DNA from: Alphaproteobacteria bacterium
Lineage (GTDB): Bacteria; Pseudomonadota; Alphaproteobacteria; Bin95
Assembly (NCBI GenBank): GCA_964291285.2
Contig: OZ219787.1
Coordinates: 1,024,001 to 1,088,000, forward strand
Direction: 5' to 3'
DNA: 64,000 nt
The notes below the pieces were generated by a model. The model worked only from the letters and a program-made list of their open reading frames with translations. It was not told the DNA's origin and searched no databases. Position numbers and translations under genes: made by a program. Shown here one piece after another: positions 37,480 to 47,284 of this stretch. How positions within the stretch are numbered: the stretch's first letter is position 1; each line of letters starts with the position of its first letter.

Positions 37480-38670
37480 CTATGCGTTGAGGTATCCGCC
37501 GCGCGTCTGCGGCAGCTTCTTGCCGAGGATGGCGCCGGCGACGACATTGCGGAGCACCTCCGCCGTGCCGCCGCCGATGGTGAACATGCGCACATCGCGC
37601 GCCATGCGCTCCAGCGGGCGGTTGCGCGAATAGCCGCGCGCGCCGAAGAGCTGCAGGGCGTCATTGACCACCTGGATCGCGCTTTCCGAGGTCATGACCT
37701 TCGCCTGGGCGGCGAGCAGCATGTCGGGGAAGCCTCCCTCGCCGCTTCGCGCCGCGCCGTAGACCAGCGCCCGGCTGGCGGCGAGCTTGATCGACATGTC
37801 GGCGAGCTTCCACTGCAGGCCCTGGAACTCGTTGATCGGCCGGCCGAACTGCTCGCGCTCCTCCGACCAGTCGAGCGCCAGCCGGTAGGCGCCCTCGGCG
37901 ATGCCGAGCGCCACGGTCGCCGCGCCGACGCGCTGGCTGTTGTAGGCGGTCATCAGGTCCGCGAAGCCTTTTTTCAGCCCTCGCGGCGGCATGAGCATCA
38001 TGGAGGGCGGCAGTTCCATGTCCTCGAACGCGATTTCCGCTTCCGGAATGCCGCGCAGGCCCATGGTCGGCTCGCGCCTGACGATGTGCAGCCCTTCCGT
38101 TTCGTCGCGAATGGCAAGGAAACCGCCGATTCCCTGCTCCTCGCCGTCCCGGTCGAACACGCGCGCGAAGATCAGATGCAGGCGCGACACGCCGCCGCCG
38201 GTGATCCAGTGCTTGCCGCCGTTCAGGACGTAGCGGTTGCCGCGCTGGTCCGCCCTCGTGGTCATCTCCCCGGCGGACGATCCGGCGTCCGGCTCGGTAA
38301 TGCAGATCGCGGGCTTGTCGCCCGCCAGCACCATGTCGGCAGCCATGCGCTTCTGCTCTTCCGTGCCGTAGGCCATGACCGCGCTGATCGCACCCATATT
38401 GGTCTCGACCACGATCCGCCCGGTGACGGAGCATGCCTTCGACATCTCCTCGATGACCAGCACGGCATCCAGCCAGGAACGCCCCTGCCCGCCATAGGCT
38501 TCGGGAATCGTCATGCCGACGAAACCGCCTTCGACCAGCCGGTCCACATGGTCCCAGGGGTAGGACTCGGTGCGGTCCACCTCGGCGGCGCGCTCCTGCA
38601 CCGGTCCTTCGGCCAATTCCCGCGCCGCCGATTGCAAGGCGCGCTGCCGGTCCGTGAGTTCGAAGGTCAT
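37480..38670 (-). CDS. acdA: acyl-CoA dehydrogenase family, 3-sulfinopropanoyl-CoA desulfinase-like
   Basis: YPWD, GRIVVETNMGAI, VLAGDKPAICI.EP, WITGGGVS.LHLIFARV, AYNSQRVGA and KLPQTR.GYL match the desulfinase subfamily as I recall it. Confidence 0.82.
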   Translation of the reverse strand: MTFELTDRQRALQSAARELAEGPVQERAAEVDRTESYPWDHVDRLVEGGFVGMTIPEAYGGQGRSWLDAVLVIEEMSKACSVTGRIVVETNMGAISAVMAYGTEEQKRMAADMVLAGDKPAICITEPDAGSSAGEMTTRADQRGNRYVLNGGKHWITGGGVSRLHLIFARVFDRDGEEQGIGGFLAIRDETEGLHIVRREPTMGLRGIPEAEIAFEDMELPPSMMLMPPRGLKKGFADLMTAYNSQRVGAATVALGIAEGAYRLALDWSEEREQFGRPINEFQGLQWKLADMSIKLAASRALVYGAARSGEGGFPDMLLAAQAKVMTSESAIQVVNDALQLFGARGYSRNRPLERMARDVRMFTIGGGTAEVLRNVVAGAILGKKLPQTRGGYLNA

Positions 38671-38712
38671 GGGCTTGCGTCCCCGCCGCAGGTCCGTCAA
38701 CACTAGCCGATC

Positions 38713-38970
38713 ATGGAGCAGGGGTCAGCAGAGCTTCCGCCGGAGACATGGCATCCGGTGCGGATCCTCCCGAAGCGCAGCATGTGGCGTCCCCGGAGCG
38801 CACCGCCCATGCGCCGCGACCCCCGGCCCATGGTCGCCTGGTGCGAGAAGCGGGTGCGGAATCCGTGGAAGGCGGTGCTGGAGCCTGACCTCACCCAGGT
38901 ATTCTGGTTCGAGCACAGTGACGACGCCCAGCGCTTCGCGCTCCGTTTCTTCCCGTTCAAATGCAGTTGA
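38713..38970 (+). CDS. small hypothetical protein
   Basis: 85 aa filling the intergenic gap; WC...W...FWFE...DA.RFALRF pattern. Confidence 0.55.
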   Translation: MEQGSAELPPETWHPVRILPKRSMWRPRSAPPMRRDPRPMVAWCEKRVRNPWKAVLEPDLTQVFWFEHSDDAQRFALRFFPFKCS

Positions 38971-38973
38971 CGG

Positions 38974-40206
38974 ATGGAAGTCTGTCCTCTGGAGCGGCTC
39001 GACTTCGCTCGGGTCATCTCCCCCGGCGCGCTCGTCACCTGGTCCGAGGGCTCCGGGGAGCCGACAGCGCTGACAGCGCGCCTCGTAGCCCAGCAGGACC
39101 GGCTCGAGGCTGAGCTTGCCATCGGCGTCACGCTGTCCGACACGCTCCGGGACATCGATCCCTCCCGGTTCGCCATTTCCACCTATTGCACGCTGTTCCG
39201 CTATTTCGACCTGTTCGAGCGCGGCGCCGTCGATATCCGGCCTTCGCACTATTCCCGGATGGCCGACCTCCGCCCGGATGTGCTGCTTATCCAGGTGACG
39301 CCGCCGGACGGGACCGGCCGGCGGAGCCTCGGCACCGTCGTCGGCCACAACCCCGCCTATATGGCGAAGGGAACCAGGGTGGTCGCGCAGGAAAACCCCA
39401 ACCTGCCGTGGACCGGGGGCGACGCGCTGATCGGGGACGACTGCATCGACGTCCTGGTGCCGGAAGCCGCGCCTCTGGAACAGCTCATTCCGCGCCGCCC
39501 CGGCCCGGTCGAGCACGCCATCGGCAGGCATGTGGCGCGGTTGGTGCCCGACCGCGCGACGCTGGAATTCGGCATCGGCTCGATTCCCGCAGCGGTCCAG
39601 CAGGCATTGGCGGGCAAAAGGGACCTGGCAATCCACACGGGCCTGCTGGACGAGGCGGCGGTGGACTTCATCGGGAGCGGCGCCGTCACCAACCGCTACC
39701 GCGAGACCGACCCCGGGCTCGTCTCGGCGGGCTTCCTGTTCGGCACGCCCCGGCTCTACCGTTATGCGGACCGCAATCCCGTCTTCGGAATGCGGGGGTC
39801 CGACCATATTCACGGCTCGCGGGTGCTCGCGGCTCTCGACCGCTTCTTCGCCATCAACTCCGCGATCGAGGTCGATCTGACAGGACAGGTGAACGCCGAG
39901 GCCCTGAACGGCCGCTATATCGGCGCCATCGGCGGGCAGGGGGACTTCCAGCGTGCGGCCCTGCACAGTCCGGGAGGCCGGGGCATCGTCGCCCTGCCGT
40001 CTACTGCCGGGCGGCATTCGCGCATCGTCGCCCGCCTGTCGGGGCCGGTGACGACGGCGCGCGCGGACGCCGATGCGGTCGTGACCGAGCATGGCATCGC
40101 GGAGCTCGCCGGCCGCACCCTGCAGGAGCGCGCCCGCGCGATGATCGCGATTGCCGACCCGGCGCACCGGGCGCGATTGGAAGCCGCCCTCGACGCGCTC
40201 GCCTGA
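38974..40206 (+). CDS. acetyl-CoA hydrolase/transferase family CoA-transferase
   Basis: TLEFGIGSIP, AINSAIEVDLTGQVNAE, GGQGDF and VVTEHGIAEL motifs. Confidence 0.9.
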   Translation: MEVCPLERLDFARVISPGALVTWSEGSGEPTALTARLVAQQDRLEAELAIGVTLSDTLRDIDPSRFAISTYCTLFRYFDLFERGAVDIRPSHYSRMADLRPDVLLIQVTPPDGTGRRSLGTVVGHNPAYMAKGTRVVAQENPNLPWTGGDALIGDDCIDVLVPEAAPLEQLIPRRPGPVEHAIGRHVARLVPDRATLEFGIGSIPAAVQQALAGKRDLAIHTGLLDEAAVDFIGSGAVTNRYRETDPGLVSAGFLFGTPRLYRYADRNPVFGMRGSDHIHGSRVLAALDRFFAINSAIEVDLTGQVNAEALNGRYIGAIGGQGDFQRAALHSPGGRGIVALPSTAGRHSRIVARLSGPVTTARADADAVVTEHGIAELAGRTLQERARAMIAIADPAHRARLEAALDALA

Positions 40207-40252
40207 CGGGTTCTATAAAGCGCCCGCCCGAGAAACCTTGCAGGAGTCGCCC

Positions 40253-41374
40253 ATGGCGCACAGCCGGATTACCGAAGCGGACGTCGCAGAGCTTCGCGCC
40301 CGCATCGGCCAACCCGTGCGCCGGGTCACCCCGCCGTTCTACACCGAGGTCAATGCCGATGCGGCGAGCCGCTTCGCCTGGGCGATCGGCGACGACAACC
40401 CGCTCTACCATGACTCCGGCTATGCGGCGGAAACGCGCTGGGGCCGGCAATTGGCGCCGCCTTCGATCCTCTACAGCCTGGAGAACACGGTCTCGGGCGC
40501 CGTCGAGGGGCTGCCCGGGGTCCATGCGATGTTCGCCGGCACGGACTTTCGCTGGAACCGGCCGATAGAAGTCGGGATGAAGTTCCGCGCCGAGTCGCGC
40601 CTGCACGATATCGTCGAGCATCGCACGCGCTTCGCCGGCCTCGCCATCCAGCAGATTTACCGCATCCGCTTTTTCGACCAGCATGACCGCGAAGTCGCGG
40701 AGGCGGACTCATGGTGTTTCCGCACGGAGCGCGATACGGCGCGCGAGGAAGGCTCCAAATACGAGCCCCGGCTGAAGCAGCCGCATCGCTACAGCGAGGA
40801 GGAGATCGCGGCCTTCCAGGCGCAATATCTTTCCGAGGAGCCGCGCGGCGCCGAAACGCGCTATTTCGAGGATGTCAGGGAAGGCGATGCGATCGGGCCG
40901 ATCCTGAAAGGCCCCTATACGGTCACCGCGGCGGTCGCCTTCATGCAGGCCTGGGGCAATTACGCGGTCCGCAACCACCGTCAGGCCTGGCAGTATTACA
41001 ACCGGCATCCGAAACTGGCCGCCCGCAACCAGAACAATGTTCCGGAGCCGCCCGTGCGGGTGCATTGGGACCGTGAGTTCGCGCAGGAGGTCGGCGTTCC
41101 CGGAGCCTACGATTTCGGGCCCGAACGGATTGCGTGGCTCGGCCATCTGGTGACCGACTGGATGGGCGATGACGGCTTCCTGAAGCGGCTCAACGTGCAG
41201 GTCCGCGGCCACAATGTCGTGGGCGACGCCACATGGTGCCGGGGCGAAGTGGTCGGGACGGGAATCGTGGACGGCGAAGGCTGCGTCGAGTGCGCGATCC
41301 GCTGCATCAACCAGAACGGGCAGACATCCGCGCTCGGCACGGCTACCGTCGTCCTGCCCGCAAAATCAGCCTGA
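40253..41374 (+). CDS. double MaoC/hotdog acyl dehydratase
   Basis: FAWAIGDDNPLY..., RYFEDV, VHWD..FA..VGVPGAYDFG and DWMGDDG motifs. Confidence 0.85.
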   Translation: MAHSRITEADVAELRARIGQPVRRVTPPFYTEVNADAASRFAWAIGDDNPLYHDSGYAAETRWGRQLAPPSILYSLENTVSGAVEGLPGVHAMFAGTDFRWNRPIEVGMKFRAESRLHDIVEHRTRFAGLAIQQIYRIRFFDQHDREVAEADSWCFRTERDTAREEGSKYEPRLKQPHRYSEEEIAAFQAQYLSEEPRGAETRYFEDVREGDAIGPILKGPYTVTAAVAFMQAWGNYAVRNHRQAWQYYNRHPKLAARNQNNVPEPPVRVHWDREFAQEVGVPGAYDFGPERIAWLGHLVTDWMGDDGFLKRLNVQVRGHNVVGDATWCRGEVVGTGIVDGEGCVECAIRCINQNGQTSALGTATVVLPAKSA

Positions 41375-41396
41375 GAAACCGATACGGAAGCGAGAC

Positions 41397-41882
41397 ATGC
41401 CTGTTCTTTTCGACGAGCATCGCGAAGTCGTCCAGCCCGAATGGATCGACTATAACGGCCATATGAATGTCGCCTTTTATTTCCTCGCCTTCGACCATGC
41501 CACGGACGCATTTTACGATGCGGTCGGCTGCGGCGAGCACTACAAGGCGAACGGAAACTTCTCGACCTTCACGCTCGAGGGCCACATTACCTACGATCAG
41601 GAAGTGCTGGAAGGCGACCCGTTGCAATTCACGACGCAATTGCTCGATTTCGACGAGAAACGCCTTCACTATTTCCATGTCATGTACCATGCCGAGAAAG
41701 GCTATGCGGCGGCAACCAACGAGTTGATTGCCATGCATGTCGACATGGACCAGCGCAGGTCCGCACCGTTTCCGCCTGAAATACTGGAAAAACTGGCGGA
41801 AGTAAGGGAACGGCACAGCACGTTGCCGCGCCCCGACAAAGCCGGCCGCGTCATCGGCATCCGGCGAAAATCCGGCGCTTGA
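41397..41882 (+). CDS. acyl-CoA thioesterase family protein
   Basis: PEWIDYNGHMNVAFY, FTLEGHI.Y and DEKRLH motifs. Confidence 0.9.
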   Translation: MPVLFDEHREVVQPEWIDYNGHMNVAFYFLAFDHATDAFYDAVGCGEHYKANGNFSTFTLEGHITYDQEVLEGDPLQFTTQLLDFDEKRLHYFHVMYHAEKGYAAATNELIAMHVDMDQRRSAPFPPEILEKLAEVRERHSTLPRPDKAGRVIGIRRKSGA

Positions 41883-41916
41883 TTGCGGCGCCGGCAAGGA
41901 GGATGATGGCTGGTCC

Positions 41917-42405
41917 ATGCTGGTGCGGACTGTAATCCTCTTCCTTGTCGGTTTCGCCGGTCCGGCGGCGGCCTTCTGCACCGACGCTGCCGCGCCGGGC
42001 GTGGAGTGGAACCGCTGCCTGTTCGACGAGCGCAACATGCCTGAGGCCGGCCTGGCCGGGGCGAAAATCCGTTCCTCGTCGTTCAAGCGCGCCAATCTCG
42101 AAAAAGCGGATTTCACCGGCGCCGTCGGGTCGCGGGCCAAGTTCATTTCCGCCAGGCTTGCGCATGCGAAATTCGAGGACGCGAGGCTGAACGAGGCGGA
42201 CTTCACCAAGGCGGACCTGAGAGGCGCCGTCTTCGTGAATGCCGACCTGCGCCGGGCGCGGTTCTTCCGGGCCAGGCTGGAAGGCGCGGATTTCACCGGC
42301 GCGCGGCTCAGGCAGACGGACTTCTTCGACGCCGACCTTTCCGGGGCCGTATGGACCGACGGCAAGCATGTCTGCGCGCCCGGCTCCGTCGGACAGTGCA
42401 GATAG
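41917..42405 (+). CDS. exported pentapeptide repeat protein
   Basis: Signal peptide; A(D/N)(L/F)xx repeats; Cys-containing caps (WTDG..C...SVGQC). Confidence 0.9.
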   Translation: MLVRTVILFLVGFAGPAAAFCTDAAAPGVEWNRCLFDERNMPEAGLAGAKIRSSSFKRANLEKADFTGAVGSRAKFISARLAHAKFEDARLNEADFTKADLRGAVFVNADLRRARFFRARLEGADFTGARLRQTDFFDADLSGAVWTDGKHVCAPGSVGQCR

Positions 42406-42415
42406 GCCGCCCAAG

Positions 42416-44188
42416 GTGAGCCCGGCCAGGGAGCTGCTTCAGCGTACCGCCGCCGGGCTCCGACAAGCCTTCGACGACGAACAGATGACCCTCCTGGCAG
42501 TCGCGCTCGTCGTCGGGCTGGCGGCGGGCTGCTGCGCCGTGCTGTTCCGGGAGGTGCTGGCGCTCTTCCAGTCGATCTTCCTCGGCACGGGCGAAGAAGA
42601 CCTGACCGAGTTCGTCGCCGGACTGCCGGCCTGGAAAATCGTGCTTGCGCCCACGGTCGGCGGTCTGCTCGTGGGCATCTATATCCGCGTCTTTCTGCGC
42701 GGCCGGCCTATGGGGGTGGCGCAGGTGATGGAAGCGAGCGCCGCCGGCGGGCGCATGGAGCTTTTGCCGGCCCTGCACGGGGCGATGGCGAACGCACTCA
42801 CGCTGGGTGCGGGCGGGTCGGCGGGCAGGGAGGGACCGGTCGTGCATCTGGGCGCGGCCGTCGCCTCATGGCTGGCGCGGCGGTTCCACAACCGGAGGGG
42901 CGCTGCCCGCACGCTGCTCGCTTGCGGCGTCGCCGGAGCGGTGGCGGCTTCGTTCAACGCGCCGTTCGCGGGCATTTTCTTCGCCCAGGAGGTGGTGATC
43001 GGCCGCTACGCGTTCGGCGCGCTCGTCCCGGTTGCCGTGTCCTCCGTGGTCGCAACCCTGATCTCGCACGCGGCATACGGGGCGTATCCGGCTTTCATCG
43101 TACCCGAGTTCAGCCTCGGCTCCTGGCTGGAATTTCCTGCCTTCGTGCTGCTCGGCGGCGTGACGGCGGCGATGGCCGTCATCTTCATCCGCTCCATTCG
43201 GATCACGGCCCGGCTGGCGGAAGCCTCGACGGTGCCGGCATGGTTGCGGCCTGCCCTTGCCGGCCTCGCGGTGGGGCTGATCGCGGTGGTCTTTCCGCAG
43301 GTGCTGGGCGTCGGATATGGCGCGACCGACAATGCCCTGAAAGCGGAATACGGCCTCTGGCTGCTGATCGGGCTGATCGTCGCCAAGACGGCGGCGACAT
43401 CGCTCACCATAGGCGGCGGGTTCGGCGGCGGCGTGTTCAGCCCGTCGCTGTTCCTTGGCGCGATGCTGGGCGGTGCATTCGGTTCCGTCGCGGGCTCGGT
43501 TGCGCCGCATCTCTTCGCCGGCGTCGGCGCCTACGCCATGGTCGGCATGGGTGCGATGGCAGGCGCGGTGCTGGGCGCGCCGATCTCCACCATCCTCATC
43601 ATGGTGGAGCTCACCGGCGACTATCAGCTCACCATGGCCGTCACCATCGCCACGGTGACGGCCGCCATGCTGACCCGCGCGCTGAACGGCGCCTCCTATT
43701 TCCGCACCGTCCTGGCGGAGAACGGCATCGACCTTGATGAGAGGCTTGAGACCGACGCCATGCGGCAGATGCGGGTGCGCGGCGTGATGAGCCGGTCCTT
43801 CTCCTCCGTGCCGCGCACCATGAAGATGAGGGAGTTGCGGGTCGCGCTCGCGACGGCGCCCTATGGCGAGCTCTTCGTCGTCGATCCATCGAACCGCCTG
43901 TTCGGCACGATCACGCTCGCGGACCTGGACGAGGCCGCGTTCGACCCCGTGATCCAGGACCTGATCTGCGCCGGAGACGCCGCGAGGCTGAACCCGCCCA
44001 TGCTGACCGTGGAAGACGACCTCGAAAGCGCCTTCAACCTGATGGAGACGCGGCACGAAGAACATATCGCCGTGGTGGACAACCTGGTGGACCGGCACCT
44101 GGTCGGCTTCATCCACGAACGCGACGTGATGCTTGCCTACAACCGCGCTCTGGTGGACATGCACCGCCGCGGGGGAACGGCTTACTGA
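42416..44188 (+). CDS. ClC chloride channel/transporter with CBS domains
   Basis: GGSAGREGP, FNAP and GGVFSPSL motifs plus a C-terminal CBS pair; start uncertain. Confidence 0.92.
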   Translation: MSPARELLQRTAAGLRQAFDDEQMTLLAVALVVGLAAGCCAVLFREVLALFQSIFLGTGEEDLTEFVAGLPAWKIVLAPTVGGLLVGIYIRVFLRGRPMGVAQVMEASAAGGRMELLPALHGAMANALTLGAGGSAGREGPVVHLGAAVASWLARRFHNRRGAARTLLACGVAGAVAASFNAPFAGIFFAQEVVIGRYAFGALVPVAVSSVVATLISHAAYGAYPAFIVPEFSLGSWLEFPAFVLLGGVTAAMAVIFIRSIRITARLAEASTVPAWLRPALAGLAVGLIAVVFPQVLGVGYGATDNALKAEYGLWLLIGLIVAKTAATSLTIGGGFGGGVFSPSLFLGAMLGGAFGSVAGSVAPHLFAGVGAYAMVGMGAMAGAVLGAPISTILIMVELTGDYQLTMAVTIATVTAAMLTRALNGASYFRTVLAENGIDLDERLETDAMRQMRVRGVMSRSFSSVPRTMKMRELRVALATAPYGELFVVDPSNRLFGTITLADLDEAAFDPVIQDLICAGDAARLNPPMLTVEDDLESAFNLMETRHEEHIAVVDNLVDRHLVGFIHERDVMLAYNRALVDMHRRGGTAY

Positions 44189-44195
44189 GTTCGGC

Positions 44196-45152
44196 TCATT
44201 CCTCGCCGGAAGGCGTGCGGCCGATATTGTGGCCGCGTAGGTCCCGCGGGTCGGGGGGCACGACACTGGCTGCGATGGAGGCGTCGAGAGCCTCGAATTC
44301 GCTGTAGCCGATCGTTTCGTAGAGTTCCGCCCGGCTTTGCATCGAGTCCAGCAGGGCTTCCGTGCTGTCGGCGTCGGCCAGATGTGCATACATGTCGGCC
44401 ATGGCCTTCGCTGCGATGCGCAGGGACGAAACCGGCCAGATCACCACCTTGCAGCCCATCGCCTCGAACTGCGCGCCGGTGAAATAGGGGGTGCGGCCGA
44501 ACTCCGTCATGTTCGCCATGATCGGTGCGTTCACCGAGGACGAGAACCGCCGGAACATGGCCTCATTTGTGAGCGCGTCCGCGAACACGATGTCCGCGCC
44601 GGCCTCGATATAGAGCCGGGCGCGCTCGATGCCGCCTTCCAGGCCTTCCTGGGCGACGGCGTCCGTGCGCGCGATGATGCGCAGATGCGTCCGCGCCCGG
44701 TGCGCGGCCTCCACCTTGCGCGCCATCTCTTCCGGGGCCGCCAGCTGCTTGTCGTTCAGATGGCCGCATTTCTTCGGCAGCAGCTGGTCCTCGATCTGCA
44801 CGGCGGCGGCGCCGGCGGCCTCCAGTTCGCGGACCGTGCGCATGACGTTCAGCACTTCGCCATAGCCGGTATCGGCATCCACGATGAGCGGCAATTGCGT
44901 CGCGCGGTAAATGCTGCGGACATGGTGGCAGAGCTCGTCCAGTCCAATCACGCCCAGATCCGGCAGGCCCATCGAAGCCGTGACCGCCGCGCCGGAGACA
45001 TAGAGGCATTCGAAGCCGGCCCGCTTGGCGAGCAGGCCGGCCATCGCATTGTGCGCGCCGGGCGCCCGCAGGATTCCGGGCCGCACCAGCAGGGCGGCGA
45101 AACGCTCCCCGGCCGGCTGCTTGATCCACCGGTCATTGGTAAGCCAGGTCAT
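44196..45152 (-). CDS. prpB: 2-methylisocitrate lyase
   Basis: LPDLG, DADTGYG, IEDQLLPKKCGHL and ANMTEFGRTP motifs. Confidence 0.93.
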   Translation of the reverse strand: MTWLTNDRWIKQPAGERFAALLVRPGILRAPGAHNAMAGLLAKRAGFECLYVSGAAVTASMGLPDLGVIGLDELCHHVRSIYRATQLPLIVDADTGYGEVLNVMRTVRELEAAGAAAVQIEDQLLPKKCGHLNDKQLAAPEEMARKVEAAHRARTHLRIIARTDAVAQEGLEGGIERARLYIEAGADIVFADALTNEAMFRRFSSSVNAPIMANMTEFGRTPYFTGAQFEAMGCKVVIWPVSSLRIAAKAMADMYAHLADADSTEALLDSMQSRAELYETIGYSEFEALDASIAASVVPPDPRDLRGHNIGRTPSGEE

Positions 45153-45186
45153 CGAACCTCCCTCCGGCGGCCGCGGCCATCAGGCC

Positions 45187-46425
45187 TCAGTCGTAGCTGC
45201 GCTGGTCGTCGATGACCTTGCCGTCGTTCGGCAGCGAGTCGGCGAACTCGATGCGGCCGCGCATCTTGCATTCCGACCGGAAACTCTCCGCAACCGCATC
45301 CCGGAAGGCGCCCTCGCGGGTCGGAGCCTCGACCTGCAGGGTGGCGGTGTCGAGATTGTTCTCGGAGCCGACCACGAGCCGGAGCCGCGTGATTTCGGGA
45401 TGGCGGGCGAGCACGCGGTTCACCTGCTCGGGCCGGATGAACATGCCGCGCACTTTCGCCGTCTGGTCGGCCCGGCCCATCCAGCCCTTGATGCGGGTGT
45501 TGGTGCGCCCGCAGGAGCTTTGCCCCGCATCGACGGCCGACATGTCGCCGGTCGCGAAGCGGAAGAGCGGATAGTCGTCGTTCAGGGTCGTCACCACGAC
45601 TTCGCCGACATCGCCGTCCGGCACCGGATCGCCGGAGCCGGGCCGGACGATCTCGACGATCACGCCCTCGTCCAGAACCATGCCTTCCAGCGCCGGGGTC
45701 TCGTATGCGACCAGACCGACATCCGCCGTGCCGTAATTCTGCATCACATCGACGCCCTTGCTCCGGATTTCCGCCCGGAGCGAAGGGAAGAGGGCGCCGC
45801 CGCCGACCAACGCCTTGGAGAGCGAGGGCAGCGCCGTCCCCATCTCTTCGGCCTTGTCCAGCACGATCTTCAGGAAGTCGGGCGTGCCCATGAAGCCGAC
45901 AGCGCCGAAATGCCGGATCGCCTCGACCTGCTGCTCGGTCTGGCCGACGCCGCCAGGAAACACCGTGCAGCCGAGCGCTTCGGCCGCACTCTCCATCATG
46001 AAGGCGCCGGGGGTGAAGTGGTAGCTGAAGGTGTTGTGGACCACATCGCCCTGGCGGAAGCCGGCGGCATAAAGCGAGCGCGCGCCCCGGAACCAGTCGG
46101 GCCTGGTGCCCATCGGCTCGCAGATCGGCCCGGGCGAGCGGAACACGCGCCGGAACGCGCCCACGGGCACGATCGTCATGCCGCCGAAGGGCGGGTCCGC
46201 CGCCTGCACTTCCATCAGGTCGGACTTCCGGGTGACCGGAAGGGCCGCCAGCGCATCGCGGGAGGTGATGTCGCCGGCCTCTACTCCGTCGAACGTCCGT
46301 TGCCAGTAAGGCGCCTTGTCCTTGGCAAGAGCGATCAGGCCGCGCAACTCGTCGAACTGCTCGGCCTCACGCCGCTCCGGGTCCCGGGTCTCCAGCTTGT
46401 CGTAGAAGTCGCCGTTTGCGGTCAT
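45187..46425 (-). CDS. phenylacetate-CoA ligase-like AMP-binding protein
   Basis: SPGPI.EP, NTFSYHFTP, YGTADVG, RFATGD and KVRGMF motifs. Confidence 0.88.
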   Translation of the reverse strand: MTANGDFYDKLETRDPERREAEQFDELRGLIALAKDKAPYWQRTFDGVEAGDITSRDALAALPVTRKSDLMEVQAADPPFGGMTIVPVGAFRRVFRSPGPICEPMGTRPDWFRGARSLYAAGFRQGDVVHNTFSYHFTPGAFMMESAAEALGCTVFPGGVGQTEQQVEAIRHFGAVGFMGTPDFLKIVLDKAEEMGTALPSLSKALVGGGALFPSLRAEIRSKGVDVMQNYGTADVGLVAYETPALEGMVLDEGVIVEIVRPGSGDPVPDGDVGEVVVTTLNDDYPLFRFATGDMSAVDAGQSSCGRTNTRIKGWMGRADQTAKVRGMFIRPEQVNRVLARHPEITRLRLVVGSENNLDTATLQVEAPTREGAFRDAVAESFRSECKMRGRIEFADSLPNDGKVIDDQRSYD

Positions 46426-46431
46426 GGTGCC

Positions 46432-47244
46432 TCATACCCAGCGTTTGCGCCGACGATAGAATTTGATGTCCCGGTAGCTCCTGCGCCCGGTCGAGCTGAT
46501 GCCGAGGTAGAACTCCTTGACATCCTCGTTCTCGCGAAGGTCGGCGGCCTCGCCGTCCATGACGATGCGTCCGTTCTCCAGGATGTAGCCGTAATGGGCG
46601 TATTTGAGCGCCATGTTGGTGTTCTGCTCGGCCAGCAGGATCGAGCAGTTTTCCTCTTCGTTGATGCGCTTCACGATCTCGAAGATCTGCTCGACGAGCT
46701 GCGGGGCGAGCCCCATGGAGGGTTCGTCCAGAAGAATCATCTCCGGCCGGGACATGAGCGCGCGGCCGATGGCGCACATCTGCTGCTCGCCGCCGGAAAT
46801 ATAGCCGGCGAGGCTCTTGCGCCGGCTCTTGAGAGCCGGGAAGTATCCGTAAACCGCATCGAGGTCGTCGTTGAGCTCCGCGCGGCGCGCATGGCGCGTA
46901 TAGGCGCCCGTCAACAGGTTTTCCTCGACGGTCAAATGTTCGAAACAATGGCGGCCTTCCATCACCTGGATGACGCCCTTGCGCACGAGATCGGTCGGCG
47001 TCAGTGCGTCGATCTGCTCGCCGCGATAGAGGATCGAGCCCTTGGTGACCTCGCCGCGCTCGGCGCGCAGCAGATTGGAAACGGCCTTGAGGGTTGTCGT
47101 CTTGCCGGCCCCGTTCGCGCCGAGGAGGGTAACGATACCCCCCTTCGGCACGTGGAGGGAGACGCCCTTCAGCACGAGGATGACGTGGTCGTAGATGACC
47201 TCGACATTGTTGACTTCGAGGACGTTGCCAACGGTCTCGTTCAT
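46432..47244 (-). CDS. Liv-type ABC transporter ATP-binding protein (LivF-like)
   Basis: GANGAGKT, SGGEQQM and LLDEPSMGLAP motifs. Confidence 0.93.
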   Translation of the reverse strand: MNETVGNVLEVNNVEVIYDHVILVLKGVSLHVPKGGIVTLLGANGAGKTTTLKAVSNLLRAERGEVTKGSILYRGEQIDALTPTDLVRKGVIQVMEGRHCFEHLTVEENLLTGAYTRHARRAELNDDLDAVYGYFPALKSRRKSLAGYISGGEQQMCAIGRALMSRPEMILLDEPSMGLAPQLVEQIFEIVKRINEEENCSILLAEQNTNMALKYAHYGYILENGRIVMDGEAADLRENEDVKEFYLGISSTGRRSYRDIKFYRRRKRWV

Positions 47245-47284
47245 GGGCTTCCGGGCCTCTCCCGCCAATGGGGGCCGCGCCGCT

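Noticed and set aside
42040-42350. 15/30-bp periodic sequence
   Set aside because: Explained by pentapeptide repeat coding.
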